Part shown: in pieces, positions 25,941-34,891 of the stretch
Layout: each line of letters opens with the position of its first letter
Position numbering within the stretch: the stretch's first letter is position 1
Source: a virus
Lineage: Duplodnaviria > Caudoviricetes
Length of the DNA: 45,500 nt
Virus record (IMG/VR): IMGVR_UViG_3300034965_000047
Location: 1-45,500 of that record
Direction: 5' to 3' (one strand)
Notes under the pieces: generated by a model
Told to the model about the DNA's origin: nothing
What the model saw: only the letters and a program-made list of their open reading frames with translations
The model's database searches: none
Position numbers and translations under genes: made by a program

Positions 25941-27791
25941 TTGACGGCATCAGAATATAACACCGCCTATGTAAAAGCACGCAATCGATGGCCGTCACTA
26001 ATAAGATCAGGAATCGATGAGATAAAAAAGGCATATGCAGACGCTGCGGACATGGTAGAAACTGCTTTTTATAACGCCAATGGCCTGGCCGCAGAGCGCC
26101 TTGATTCAATCGAAGCCCAATTACGCATGAGTACTGGTATTATTCAGGAAAAAATAATTGACCAGATACCGGCTACCGTGTCTGCAGGCCAGGCCCTTTA
26201 TGGTGCGATTGATGAAAAACTTTTAAAAGAGTTGTTTGCCGGATCTCAGAAAGTAACGGAAGCTGGAATTCACAATATGATTGTGCGCGTGAATAATCGG
26301 CTAATTGCTGACACTGCTAATAGAATGTATCAAGATGGGTATACGCTATCAACTCGGGCTTGGCAAATTGGCGAAGACTATCAAACTCAAATAACCAGAT
26401 TAATAAATTCTGGAATTGCTCAAGGAAAATCAGTGCCTGACATTGCTCGATCAATTGGCGATTATACCAATGGCGGAATAGACGCGTTGGATAAAGCGTA
26501 TACGTCGGCCAAATGGGGAAAGGTAGTCATAAAAAATGTCGATTGGCGCGCATTGCGTCTGGTGCGGTCGGAGCTTGGGGCATCAATGAAAATCGGGGCT
26601 GTAATGCAAGGACAAGAAAACCCTGCGGCTACTGGGCTATACGATTGGGTGCGAGTAAATAACCAACAGCACGAATGCGCTTGCCCTGACCTTGCTGCAG
26701 GCGGACCATATGCTGCCGCAAATATTCCGGCACAACCTCATGCAAATTGTCACCCAGCTGGTACGATGATAATGACTCCGTACGGTGAAAGAAAAATTGA
26801 TAGCCTAATACCTGGCGATCTTGTAATAAGTCATGACGGTTCAGTTCAGTCAATAACACACTGTTGGAAAACAAAGTATGACGGAGAGTTACTTGAATTT
26901 GTTTCCAATGAAAGAAAAATTCAAGCAACTCCTGAGCATCCTTTTTTAATTGGCGGAGATTGGGTTTTGGCGCATGATATTAAGCTTAGCGACAATATCA
27001 CGAGCGTAAGCGTTGACATCGAATCCGTCCCGCTTGTCAAATTTGTATCTGACAACAACCCATCCGAGCGGTTCGATGAAAGCGGATTTTTTGTCATCAG
27101 AGAGTCTTTTCTTGGCGGTAGTATGCCAACAACCTCCGTCAACTTCAACGGCCAGTTTTACGTCCTCAAAAGCAAGGTCGATACTGAATCTACCGACGAC
27201 AAAATTGGGGGAAGGCTTTTCACCAATAGCGGCCAAGGACTCATACAGCATGCGCTCATAGGGACTACGGAATGTTCCGGAGTAGAACTTCGCGCGTTTG
27301 GCTTGCTCTTCATCAGACACGACCCTGCCCCTGACCGCGGCGTGCGCGTTGCCAGTGTTAGAAATCCTTCCATTAACATAGCTTCTCCTATGACCTTCGG
27401 AGATCCCAGGAATATCGAACCCATTATCAATAAGGTTTCTGCCGACACATCCCCTGGATACACCGAGAATTTTAGAGATTTGGTTAACTGGGAGGTTCTT
27501 GTTGCAAAACAAGTCAACCAGCACCAGCCGATCAATATTAATTCTTGCACTCATAATAGCGCTATTGTATCTGTTAAGTCAGAACATTACAATGGGTTTG
27601 TTTATAATCTTACGGTTGAAAATACGCATACTTTTATAGCAAATGGCTTTGCTTCACATAATTGCTTTTGCCAGGTTCGAGCAGTACTAAAAGACCTTAA
27701 ACAAATAACTGCAGATATCAAGCGTTGGAATGCTGGTGAACCGGTACCTGACCTTGATAGGTGGTACGCCAACAAATATAGGGATGCTTGA
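25941..27791 (+). CDS. MuF/SPP1 gp7-like minor head protein containing an intein
   Basis: LSTRAW, RALRLVRSE, C.DLA and PHAN|CFC (HPNCRC-like motif split by the intein); follows portal. Confidence 0.85.
   Translation: MTASEYNTAYVKARNRWPSLIRSGIDEIKKAYADAADMVETAFYNANGLAAERLDSIEAQLRMSTGIIQEKIIDQIPATVSAGQALYGAIDEKLLKELFAGSQKVTEAGIHNMIVRVNNRLIADTANRMYQDGYTLSTRAWQIGEDYQTQITRLINSGIAQGKSVPDIARSIGDYTNGGIDALDKAYTSAKWGKVVIKNVDWRALRLVRSELGASMKIGAVMQGQENPAATGLYDWVRVNNQQHECACPDLAAGGPYAAANIPAQPHANCHPAGTMIMTPYGERKIDSLIPGDLVISHDGSVQSITHCWKTKYDGELLEFVSNERKIQATPEHPFLIGGDWVLAHDIKLSDNITSVSVDIESVPLVKFVSDNNPSERFDESGFFVIRESFLGGSMPTTSVNFNGQFYVLKSKVDTESTDDKIGGRLFTNSGQGLIQHALIGTTECSGVELRAFGLLFIRHDPAPDRGVRVASVRNPSINIASPMTFGDPRNIEPIINKVSADTSPGYTENFRDLVNWEVLVAKQVNQHQPININSCTHNSAIVSVKSEHYNGFVYNLTVENTHTFIANGFASHNCFCQVRAVLKDLKQITADIKRWNAGEPVPDLDRWYANKYRDA
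26946..27554 (-). CDS. Antisense HTH + DUF559/Vsr-like (EDxHD-type) endonuclease nested in the intein
   Basis: ISKILGVSRGCV HTH; SPYERML...FSIDLAF...AVEVDGGCWH...DDKKSAFIEPLGWVVVRY. Confidence 0.85.
   Translation of the reverse strand: MSARINIDRLVLVDLFCNKNLPVNQISKILGVSRGCVGRNLIDNGFDIPGISEGHRRSYVNGRISNTGNAHAAVRGRVVSDEEQAKRAKFYSGTFRSPYERMLYESLAAIGEKPSPNFVVGRFSIDLAFEDVKLAVEVDGGCWHTTAKKRLSDDKKSAFIEPLGWVVVRYKFDKRDGFDVNAYARDIVAKLNIMRQNPISAN
27564..27592 (-). promoter_or_regulatory. Putative promoter of the antisense endonuclease, inside intein coding sequence
   Basis: TTGTAA-17-TACAAT, 9 nt before ATG 27554; no SD. Confidence 0.55.
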
Positions 27792-27816
27792 CGGCTTATT
27801 TTTTACATTGCATAAT
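27788..27816 (+). promoter_or_regulatory. Leaderless promoter of the protease/capsid operon
   Basis: TTGACG-17-CATAAT, then 6 nt, then ATG 27823. Confidence 0.8.
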
Positions 27817-27822
27817 AACCAT

Positions 27823-28944
27823 ATGAAAAAGTTGCGCTGGTCGGGTGATATTGGCTGGAGAAACGAAGAGCTTAAAACTGGCATCACAGTTGCATTCGTT
27901 GAAAATGAATTAATGAACGCTGGTGGGGATGACATTTCCGTTGAACTTGATTCAATGGGCGGTGATTTCTTCGTTGGTATTCAGATAATGACAATGCTCA
28001 AATCATATCCAGCTAAAAAAACTGTTTTCTATGGGTCTATTGTTGCTAGCGCTGGTACTGTCGTGGCCCTTGGTTTTGATGAAAGAATATCCCGAAAGAC
28101 AACGTCTTTTATGATCCATAATGCAAAGTCAGGCGAATGGGGAGATCAAAACGACCTTAGAAAAATGGCCGATCAGCTTGACTCGTGGTCTGCTATGATT
28201 GCTGATGAGTACGTCAGGATTACTGGAAAATCTCTTCAAGAAATTAAGGTACTTATGGACGCTGAGACCTGGCTATTCGGTCAGAAGATTGTTGACAATG
28301 GGTTCGCTGAAAAGATGGACAATATTGATGCCCCTGGCGATATTTCAACCATGGATCAAGCGATTTCAATGTACAAAAAATTAAAAGTAAAAAATCACGC
28401 CGATTTCCATCGGCCTGAAACTGTGCGAGAATTTGAGGGATTCCTGCGGGATGCGGGATTTTCAAAAATTCAAGCGACGGCGATTGCTTCGGTGGGATTC
28501 CGGGCAGGGTCCGAAAAAATTGAAGAGGCAACCAAAGTGACAAAAGAAGAAATTCTTGCAGCGGTCAAGGAAACGCCAGGTATCGACCTGCGCGAAATTG
28601 CCGTAAGCATGAGCGCCGAAAATCTCCTGAGCGATCCCAAAATTGCCCAGGAAAATGCCGCGCTCAAGGAACAGTTGGCAGCGGTTGAATCTGACCGCGT
28701 GCGCATGGCGCTTGATAAGGAATTCGGGTCAGCTGGAAAAGTACGTGTCTACGCAGATAAATGCTTTCCGACTTTGATGTCAATTACCGTCGAAGCACTT
28801 GCCGCATTTCGGTCTGACGAGATCGCCAAAGCATTGGCAGCCCAAGAGGTTGACCACACCAGCGTTGAAAATCGCGTAAGCGACCCCAAGGACAAGGGAA
28901 TCGATGGCCAGAAAATCGCGGGCGTGCCCGTAGTAAAGGTATAA
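27823..28944 (+). CDS. ClpP-like prohead protease fused to scaffold
   Basis: DSMGGD, VASAG, FMIHNA, MDAETWL motifs; helical C-terminus; true start probably MKKLRW at 27823. Confidence 0.9.
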   Translation: MKKLRWSGDIGWRNEELKTGITVAFVENELMNAGGDDISVELDSMGGDFFVGIQIMTMLKSYPAKKTVFYGSIVASAGTVVALGFDERISRKTTSFMIHNAKSGEWGDQNDLRKMADQLDSWSAMIADEYVRITGKSLQEIKVLMDAETWLFGQKIVDNGFAEKMDNIDAPGDISTMDQAISMYKKLKVKNHADFHRPETVREFEGFLRDAGFSKIQATAIASVGFRAGSEKIEEATKVTKEEILAAVKETPGIDLREIAVSMSAENLLSDPKIAQENAALKEQLAAVESDRVRMALDKEFGSAGKVRVYADKCFPTLMSITVEALAAFRSDEIAKALAAQEVDHTSVENRVSDPKDKGIDGQKIAGVPVVKV

Positions 28945-28948
28945 AAAA

Positions 28949-29317
28949 ATGGCATTCGGTACGGTTTTCGTATCCAAGGAACAGGCCTCAAGCTTGCGCC
29001 TTACCAATACCAGCGGGGCTGACATTGCTCAGTTTGAATTCGCTGTTCTGGCTGGACATGGCCTGGTGGCCGATGAGGCCGTGGCAAGTGCAGCAGTTGG
29101 CGGATTTTCCATCATGACTGATCGGGTTTTCCATATTGACAAGTACGTCACTGGCGAAGCAACATTTGGTACCGCCAATGCTGCCGTATACTGGAAGCCC
29201 ACTACTGGTGAATTTTCCAATACCAGCACCAGCGGGTATTACCTGATTGGTTATGTCGCTGCAATCAAGGCCGGAACTGTCACCAAGGTTGTCGGCGTCG
29301 CTCCCAAGCTGATCTAA
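28949..29317 (+). CDS. Head decoration/cement protein (DUF2190-like)
   Basis: Small Ala/Gly-rich protein with VYW motif between protease and capsid. Confidence 0.65.
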   Translation: MAFGTVFVSKEQASSLRLTNTSGADIAQFEFAVLAGHGLVADEAVASAAVGGFSIMTDRVFHIDKYVTGEATFGTANAAVYWKPTTGEFSNTSTSGYYLIGYVAAIKAGTVTKVVGVAPKLI

Positions 29318-29331
29318 AAGGAAGCTGAAAA

Positions 29332-30501
29332 ATGTTGAAAGTGTATAATTCCGACAGCATCGTTGCTGAACGGAAGGAAAAAACCAAAAATGTCGTGGCC
29401 CGTATTTTTGAAGGCGGCAAGGACCAAAACCTGCAGGGAACCAATGGGCCTTCCCGGCGTTTCGAGTCGGAAAAAAGTCATGTTGAACTCATGGCTGAAA
29501 TGGAAGAACTGCGCCACAAGATCGTTGTCGAAAACGCCGCCCAGCCTCCCAGCCAAACCGACCTTGACGCTTTTTTCGGAAAGCTGTTTGTCGATACTAC
29601 CCGCCGTGCCATCGAATCGCCTGACCTCACCAGCTTGATCGCTGACGAACAGGTCAATTTCGAATTCGGTGAAATCGTTCCCTTGCGCGACGTTTCCAAG
29701 TTCCGTGGGATGATGGGAACCATCGCTGGGACCGGAGACGCTGTCCCGTTGATCGAGCAGAACGGCGGCAATACTGACAGTATCACCTTGTCAATCAAGG
29801 CCATCGGTTGGAAAGACAGCTTCAAAAACATGCTTTACAACAAGTTTTTCACCATGGACAAGGTTGTCCAGGCTGCAATTGACTCCGATACCGATGCGCG
29901 CAACGCCGCAACCGTTGGACTGATTGTTGGTTCAACCTTTGTTGCCACCCAGTCGCAGGATGCCATTGCAACCGCAGGGCTTACCCTGGACGAAAAGACC
30001 TATGAAACCATGATGGCCGGTGTCAAGCTGATCCGTGGACTCAAGGACATCCAGACCAAGCGCAAGATCAACGCTCCGACCTTGTCCGTGCTCTGCAATA
30101 GCGCCGACTCATGGCAGATTCAGAATGTCATCATGGGCCAACTGAACGGCAACGGAGCAGATTCACGGGCCGCAAACCGTCCGGCATTGCCCATTGCAAA
30201 CCTTGTGGAATACGACCGTGGCATCAATGACGGGTTCACCATCGGAAAAGAAACCGCCAGCTTCCCCGGTGTAACCGCCGGAACCTGCTACATTTTCGTG
30301 CCTGGTGTGCTGACCGTCGCCACTAAGCGCCCATTGACCATGGAAACTGGTCGCGGATCTGTCCTCGAGCTGAGCACAGAGGCGCGCGCATGGTACCGTA
30401 TCCAGGGCGTGTTCTCAAAAGTGTTCCTTGGGTCAAGCTATCCTTCAACCAGTGTTGGCGCGGGCTTTGGGTACATCGTAAAGGTAACCTTGCCCAGCTA
30501 A
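29332..30501 (+). CDS. Major capsid protein
   Basis: 389 aa, position after protease/decoration, strongly biased codon usage, followed by terminator. Confidence 0.8.
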   Translation: MLKVYNSDSIVAERKEKTKNVVARIFEGGKDQNLQGTNGPSRRFESEKSHVELMAEMEELRHKIVVENAAQPPSQTDLDAFFGKLFVDTTRRAIESPDLTSLIADEQVNFEFGEIVPLRDVSKFRGMMGTIAGTGDAVPLIEQNGGNTDSITLSIKAIGWKDSFKNMLYNKFFTMDKVVQAAIDSDTDARNAATVGLIVGSTFVATQSQDAIATAGLTLDEKTYETMMAGVKLIRGLKDIQTKRKINAPTLSVLCNSADSWQIQNVIMGQLNGNGADSRAANRPALPIANLVEYDRGINDGFTIGKETASFPGVTAGTCYIFVPGVLTVATKRPLTMETGRGSVLELSTEARAWYRIQGVFSKVFLGSSYPSTSVGAGFGYIVKVTLPS

Positions 30502-30520
30502 TAGTCTGGCAGGAAAGATT

Positions 30521-30547
30521 AAGGCACCCAATTGGGTGCCTTTTTTA
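30521..30547. terminator. Bidirectional terminator after capsid gene
   Basis: 22-bp palindrome AAGGCACCCAATTGGGTGCCTT followed by T run. Confidence 0.85.
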
Positions 30548-30811
30548 TTTAAGCTTTTTGCTTACCCATTCCACAAATGGTTTAATAAACGGAACTACAC
30601 TATCCATGATATCCTTATACATATTATCAACCGCAATTTCAAGCATTCGTTCACGATCCATTACTGAGGTATCATTTTCAATCGACCGCATTGCCATTTG
30701 ATGCAATTGATTGCCTTTGTTTACCCAAATTTTCCACATATCGATTGGTTTGCATTCGTGCGCTGCTTTGAAGCATAGATCACGCTTGCGTAGAAGTTCT
30801 TTTGCGTTCAT
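30545..30811 (-). CDS. Hypothetical protein
   Basis: GGAG RBS, ATGA-coupled. Confidence 0.6.
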   Translation of the reverse strand: MNAKELLRKRDLCFKAAHECKPIDMWKIWVNKGNQLHQMAMRSIENDTSVMDRERMLEIAVDNMYKDIMDSVVPFIKPFVEWVSKKLK

Positions 30812-30951
30812 TTCAAAAACTCCAGCATAATGGCCATGTCAAGATGATTTATTTTACCATAAACCAGCTTGACGGTTAGCTGTGGCGGTAATTTTTCCGC
30901 AGCGTCCAGCATCTGTTCAATGATTTCTTTTCCATGGTCTTTCTTTGGCAT
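30808..30951 (-). CDS. Small hypothetical protein (47 aa, not in ORF track)
   Basis: GGGAG RBS; MPKKDHGKEIIEQML...LEFLK; stop overlaps next ATG. Confidence 0.6.
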   Translation of the reverse strand: MPKKDHGKEIIEQMLDAAEKLPPQLTVKLVYGKINHLDMAIMLEFLK

Positions 30952-30995
30952 TTTTGCGCTCCCTTCGGATGATTTATTTCTCAGTCATTTATACA

Positions 30996-31055
30996 AATGT
31001 AGACCCAAGTGCGGCATATGTCAATGGTTGCATGCAATTATTTATATGATATAAT
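30996..31055. promoter_or_regulatory. Back-to-back promoters: minus CCGCA-type (30996-31024) and plus leaderless neck-operon promoter (31028-31055)
   Basis: TTGACA-TATG-CCGCA-CTTGGGTC-TACATT (minus); TTGCAT-16-TATAAT with extended TG, 6 nt, ATG 31062 (plus). Confidence 0.8.
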
Positions 31056-31061
31056 AACCAC

Positions 31062-31538
31062 ATGGCAACGTTCAGCGAAGTCAAGGCCGTGCGCCTGACA
31101 ATTAATGATCCTGCAGAATTCATTGATATTATCCAGGTAGCCAATCTTGCTGCCCTTCCAGTGTCGCCAGCGCCTCAGGTTGCATACAACCTATTGGATA
31201 CTGGAGCGTATATGATGCATAATGGGTCTGCCTATGTTCCGATAACCGACTTGCAAGTTGCTGACTCTCGCATTGGTGAATGGGTCGATGGATTCCAGCA
31301 ACAGGGAGCTGTTATCCGTAGCTTCGCTGCAATCATTACCAAACTTGGGGCAAGGCTCCAAATGGTTAAAAATTCAGACGGTGCCGAGTCAACGGAATAC
31401 ACCAGCATCGACAAGATGCTTGCTTTCTATCGCCAAATTTCAGCCGATTATTCCGCGATTGCATCAGGTGAAGAAAAGCGAAGTACCGGACGATGGGGAA
31501 AGGGACAGGCGATAGAAATAGCTGGGGGGATGGTTTGA
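31062..31538 (+). CDS. Head-tail adaptor-like protein
   Basis: First gene after capsid; VRLTIND motif; synteny. Confidence 0.6.
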   Translation: MATFSEVKAVRLTINDPAEFIDIIQVANLAALPVSPAPQVAYNLLDTGAYMMHNGSAYVPITDLQVADSRIGEWVDGFQQQGAVIRSFAAIITKLGARLQMVKNSDGAESTEYTSIDKMLAFYRQISADYSAIASGEEKRSTGRWGKGQAIEIAGGMV

Positions 31539-31912
31539 TTAATCGATTATTGCTTGATCAATCCAGGAGAGGTATTGCTGAACACATTGCCCAAAGCCCG
31601 CACAGCTTTACTGTCCAGCGCAGGCCGATGATATCCGATGGTTTTGGCGGACAGTGCGAGGATATCACCGGATCGCCTGTTTCGGTTACGATAATTTGTA
31701 GACTGTCGCGCGAATCTAGGATTGTGTCTGCTGTCCAGGCAATGGCCGGGGTAGGACTTGATTCTGCCGCCAGTATGTATGCGCTGGCACCTTGGAATTC
31801 ATCAATAAAAGAAGGTGACCAATTTTCAGGATTTAGAGTTGGCAAGGTTGCTCCATTGGATAAATTCGGTGGGGTCCAGGCGCTTGAAGCTGCGCTTTAT
31901 CCGTCGTCATGA
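31535..31912 (+). CDS. Head closure/stopper-like protein
   Basis: TTG start coupled to upstream stop; beta-rich, SDGFGG and IKEGD motifs; synteny. Confidence 0.55.
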   Translation: MINRLLLDQSRRGIAEHIAQSPHSFTVQRRPMISDGFGGQCEDITGSPVSVTIICRLSRESRIVSAVQAMAGVGLDSAASMYALAPWNSSIKEGDQFSGFRVGKVAPLDKFGGVQALEAALYPSS

Positions 31913-32283
31913 GCGCTATTGATGACGCCAGGTCGGTTTCCCAAAAGATCCAAGGGCATTATGATAAAAAGGTACTGCCAAGCCTTGAGGCGCTTGCATT
32001 GGCAACCCTTGGGGCGGCGCTTGAACATTTTCACCAGGTGCAGCCGCCAGGTCAGGGAAGGACAGGACGCTTTTGGACAAACCAAACAGGAGATACTGAA
32101 AGCAGAGTTTTTGGCGAAGCGTTCGCAACCGATGAGGCTGTTGGATTTTTCTTGGCTCATGGCGTCGAGTGGGGGATTTATCTTGAGAAGGCAAACAATA
32201 GGCAGAACGAAATGCTCAGGCCGCTAATCGAGATATATGGAAATGCGTATATTGTCGCCGTTAGGGAGATGATGAAATCATGA
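31909..32283 (+). CDS. HK97 gp10-like neck protein
   Basis: WTNQTG...LAHGVEWGIYLE...LRP pattern. Confidence 0.7.
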   Translation: MSAIDDARSVSQKIQGHYDKKVLPSLEALALATLGAALEHFHQVQPPGQGRTGRFWTNQTGDTESRVFGEAFATDEAVGFFLAHGVEWGIYLEKANNRQNEMLRPLIEIYGNAYIVAVREMMKS

Positions 32284-32639
32284 TTGACTTAGTAGTCGCA
32301 AAAGCAAAAACAGGTGCATGGAAAAATGTCATACCGTTTGGTATGCCTCTTCCAGCTGCCCCTTATATTGTCGTAAAAGAAGAGCCAACACCTTTTGGCT
32401 ATGTACGATGGAGATTCATCGGTCATTCACTTCCATCTCAAATGATGCAATTACGGTCGTACATGAAAAAAGATATAGTAAATCTGATTGATGGCCAGCC
32501 AATCTCCGGCACAGGACTTGACGACAGGTACCTGATATTGGACGCCATGCCCAATGGAACCGTGGGAGTATTGTCCGTTGTGTCTGATGATGGTACAATA
32601 AGTTTGGAATGTATATTCCAGCAATTCAATGCCCCGTAA
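32280..32639 (+). CDS. Tail terminator-like protein
   Basis: PAAPYIVV motif; precedes major tail protein. Confidence 0.6.
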   Translation: MIDLVVAKAKTGAWKNVIPFGMPLPAAPYIVVKEEPTPFGYVRWRFIGHSLPSQMMQLRSYMKKDIVNLIDGQPISGTGLDDRYLILDAMPNGTVGVLSVVSDDGTISLECIFQQFNAP

Positions 32640-32666
32640 CTAAAACTACAGGGCGGGGAGAAAAAA

Positions 32667-33614
32667 ATGGCTTTAAGAGAAAGCGCAAGATTTGAGGGGC
32701 CCGTCGTAATGGCACGACTGCGCTGTTCAAATCCCGACGCGGGCAACCCGTCTGTATCCCGTCAAGTTTCTGCGGTTGGACCGTTTAACTTTAGTGGGGC
32801 CCTGTTGCCTGCCGCTGTTACTATCGAAATAAAAACGGACAATGGGGCGGTTGTCAGTGATACCATTAACCTGACCACTCCGGCCCCGGCTGGTGGTATT
32901 ACCGCCGTAACCGCTGCCGAACTGGTTACCGCACTGACATCAGCCGCAGTTACCAATCTGACGGCATCGGTAGAAACGGCAACCGGGCGGCTTTTGCTTG
33001 CCTTGACCACCCCTGGAGCCGCCAAGTACCTGCAGATTGGCGGAGAAGTTGCCAAGTTCGCTGGGTTTGGCTATGGCTTCGGTACCGAATTCGTCAAGCT
33101 CGATACTCAACAGAGTGTTGCCCAGGAGCCTGTCAGCAAGGATAGCGAGCGCTTGGAAGTCCTCGACAGCTCAGGCCGTGCCACCGCCATTATCACACGT
33201 GGCTACCGAATGGGATCAAACATTACGGTTACCGATGTTGCAATGGACATCAACCTACGGGCAATGCTTGAGGGCGGAACATTCCGGGATGACAGCTACA
33301 CCGAAGAAGCCTATGTCGCCCCAGGGTCTTCGAGCGAACGACCTTCGATTGAGATCGAATGGTTTAGCGGCGTCTATGGCAAGGATGACAGCAACGAATC
33401 AAACCGTATTGGATACCTATGGCGCAAATGCAAGTCAGCCATGCTTTCAAGCGTCGGCGGTACTGCCGGGGACAGAAATATCCAGACCGGAGTATACACC
33501 CTGGCAGTCACCCCGTACAAAGATCCGATCTCAAGCGCTGACAATGAAGCTGACACGGTGACCCAGTTCCTGACCGTTTCCGAATTCGATGCCCTGCACG
33601 TACTTACTGTATAA
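32667..33614 (+). CDS. Major tail (tube) protein
   Basis: GGGGAG RBS, 315 aa Thr/Ala-rich, followed by terminator; synteny. Confidence 0.7.
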   Translation: MALRESARFEGPVVMARLRCSNPDAGNPSVSRQVSAVGPFNFSGALLPAAVTIEIKTDNGAVVSDTINLTTPAPAGGITAVTAAELVTALTSAAVTNLTASVETATGRLLLALTTPGAAKYLQIGGEVAKFAGFGYGFGTEFVKLDTQQSVAQEPVSKDSERLEVLDSSGRATAIITRGYRMGSNITVTDVAMDINLRAMLEGGTFRDDSYTEEAYVAPGSSSERPSIEIEWFSGVYGKDDSNESNRIGYLWRKCKSAMLSSVGGTAGDRNIQTGVYTLAVTPYKDPISSADNEADTVTQFLTVSEFDALHVLTV

Positions 33615-33620
33615 TTTTTT

Positions 33621-33644
33621 AAGGGGCCAGGTCGGCCCCTTTTA
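33621..33644. terminator. Terminator between convergent units
   Basis: AAGGGGCC-AGGTC-GGCCCCTT followed by T run. Confidence 0.75.
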
Positions 33645-33860
33645 TATTAATGAAATTTTAGTTCCATTTATTGAGTATATATTAACCGGAGAAAAATCAC
33701 ATATACCTGTTTTTGATACCATCCAATGACCGTCCCAATGATTAAATGTAAATACAATTTTTCTCCCAAGGCAACGAACACACCCAATTCTATCGCCTGG
33801 ACTTATTATTCTTTTTGCCAATGCCTCTGCATTTTTTGATTCTATAAATTTACTGTTCAC
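33642..33860 (-). CDS. Hypothetical protein
   Basis: GGAGG RBS before GTG 33860. Confidence 0.5.
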   Translation of the reverse strand: MNSKFIESKNAEALAKRIISPGDRIGCVRCLGRKIVFTFNHWDGHWMVSKTGICDFSPVNIYSINGTKISLI

Positions 33861-34017
33861 TTTTCGGCCTCCATTTTTTATGACCAATATGAAACATTCC
33901 ACAGAATTCGCAACAGTACGCTTCCAATGCTTTTTTTCTTACAAAAGACGCTATTTTCTTAGCCTCTTTTTTTGTTGCGTAAGCTTTCTTGCGTAAGCAT
34001 CGACTGTATTCGCTCAT
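33850..34017 (-). CDS. Small basic Zn-finger-like protein (55 aa, not in ORF track)
   Basis: CLRKKAY...AYCCEFCGMFHIGH; ATGA-coupled. Confidence 0.65.
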   Translation of the reverse strand: MSEYSRCLRKKAYATKKEAKKIASFVRKKALEAYCCEFCGMFHIGHKKWRPKSEQ

Positions 34018-34601
34018 AGGATTATCTCTATAAATCCATTTTTCATGTTTGAAAAAATCTGGTCAATATGGATAGATCGCTTATGCTTAGGCGACGGATT
34101 GAAAAAATCACCTAACCAACTATCGTTGTAGTAAATTATTCCAGATTCGTCGATATGAAACGCGGCCACAAAATGTCCAGGATTTATCAGGTTGATGATA
34201 CATGCGGTATCGGGCGCTGACAAGCTCTTGCGAAGCACTTCATTGTCTAGTTTTTTTACTGACGATTTAAGAGATGGATAAAGAATTCCAATAATCAGTG
34301 GGTATGCCTCAAGATACCGGTTAACCGGCTTGTCAAAATATTTGTTTTGAATGATTTTTCCATCATTCATGGCGCATGCATAGAAGTCTTCTGGCTGCAG
34401 TATTCCACATACTGAATTTTGGTCAACGCCAAGTGATTCGAGGCACGCCGATAAGCTGGACGGCCCGCAGTTTTCACGATAGATAGCCTTTTTTTGAACT
34501 GAGCCAAGGTCGTTTATTACCTTGGTTATGATTGATTCAATGGCGTTATTATCCTGGTCGACGTTTCCCATATCGGGATTATTCCAATTTTTGGTGCTCA
34601 T
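34014..34601 (-). CDS. Peptidase C39-like cysteine peptidase (candidate endolysin)
   Basis: NCGPSS, GHFV and YYNDSW give a Cys-His-Asp papain-like triad. Confidence 0.75.
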   Translation of the reverse strand: MSTKNWNNPDMGNVDQDNNAIESIITKVINDLGSVQKKAIYRENCGPSSLSACLESLGVDQNSVCGILQPEDFYACAMNDGKIIQNKYFDKPVNRYLEAYPLIIGILYPSLKSSVKKLDNEVLRKSLSAPDTACIINLINPGHFVAAFHIDESGIIYYNDSWLGDFFNPSPKHKRSIHIDQIFSNMKNGFIEIIL

Positions 34602-34891
34602 TACTTCCCCCTTATTGCGATATACTCCCTATCAATATACACCAGTTTTCTGTCTTTCAAAGCCAGGCTGTCAACCTGAACCATTGTTGCATCGGTAAGC
34701 CTGCGGCCTTTGTAAATTTTGCAAATGTCGGCAATACGCTCAAGCAAGACCCTGGATGATGGTGAATTTAGCAACTCTGAATAGATGACTTTTGCAACGT
34801 CGCTTTCTTTTATTTTTGGCTGTTCTTTTTTTAGCATGTCAGCATCAAGACAAAAATGCCAGTCTTTTGACTGGCGAATGAATTCAGACAT
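34601..34891 (-). CDS. Hypothetical protein
   Basis: TAATG-coupled on both sides. Confidence 0.6.
   Translation of the reverse strand: MSEFIRQSKDWHFCLDADMLKKEQPKIKESDVAKVIYSELLNSPSSRVLLERIADICKIYKGRRLTDATMVQVDSLALKDRKLVYIDREYIAIRGK

Larger units (their letters stand above)
26748..27662 (+). mobile_element. Intein (305 aa) without an in-frame endonuclease
   Basis: Block A CHPAGTMIMT, GDLVISHDG, block B TPEHPF, block F VYNLTVENTHTFIANG, terminal HN followed by Cys+1. Confidence 0.92.

Noticed and set aside
27549-27560. Internal T-H-N-S in the intein as an alternative C-terminal splice junction
   Set aside because: Not preceded by block F; the His codon is simply the complement of the antisense start codon.
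27730-27822. N-terminal extension of the Clp protease given in the ORF track
   Set aside because: Overlaps the upstream gene and the promoter; ATG 27823 fits the leaderless geometry and the ClpP domain start.
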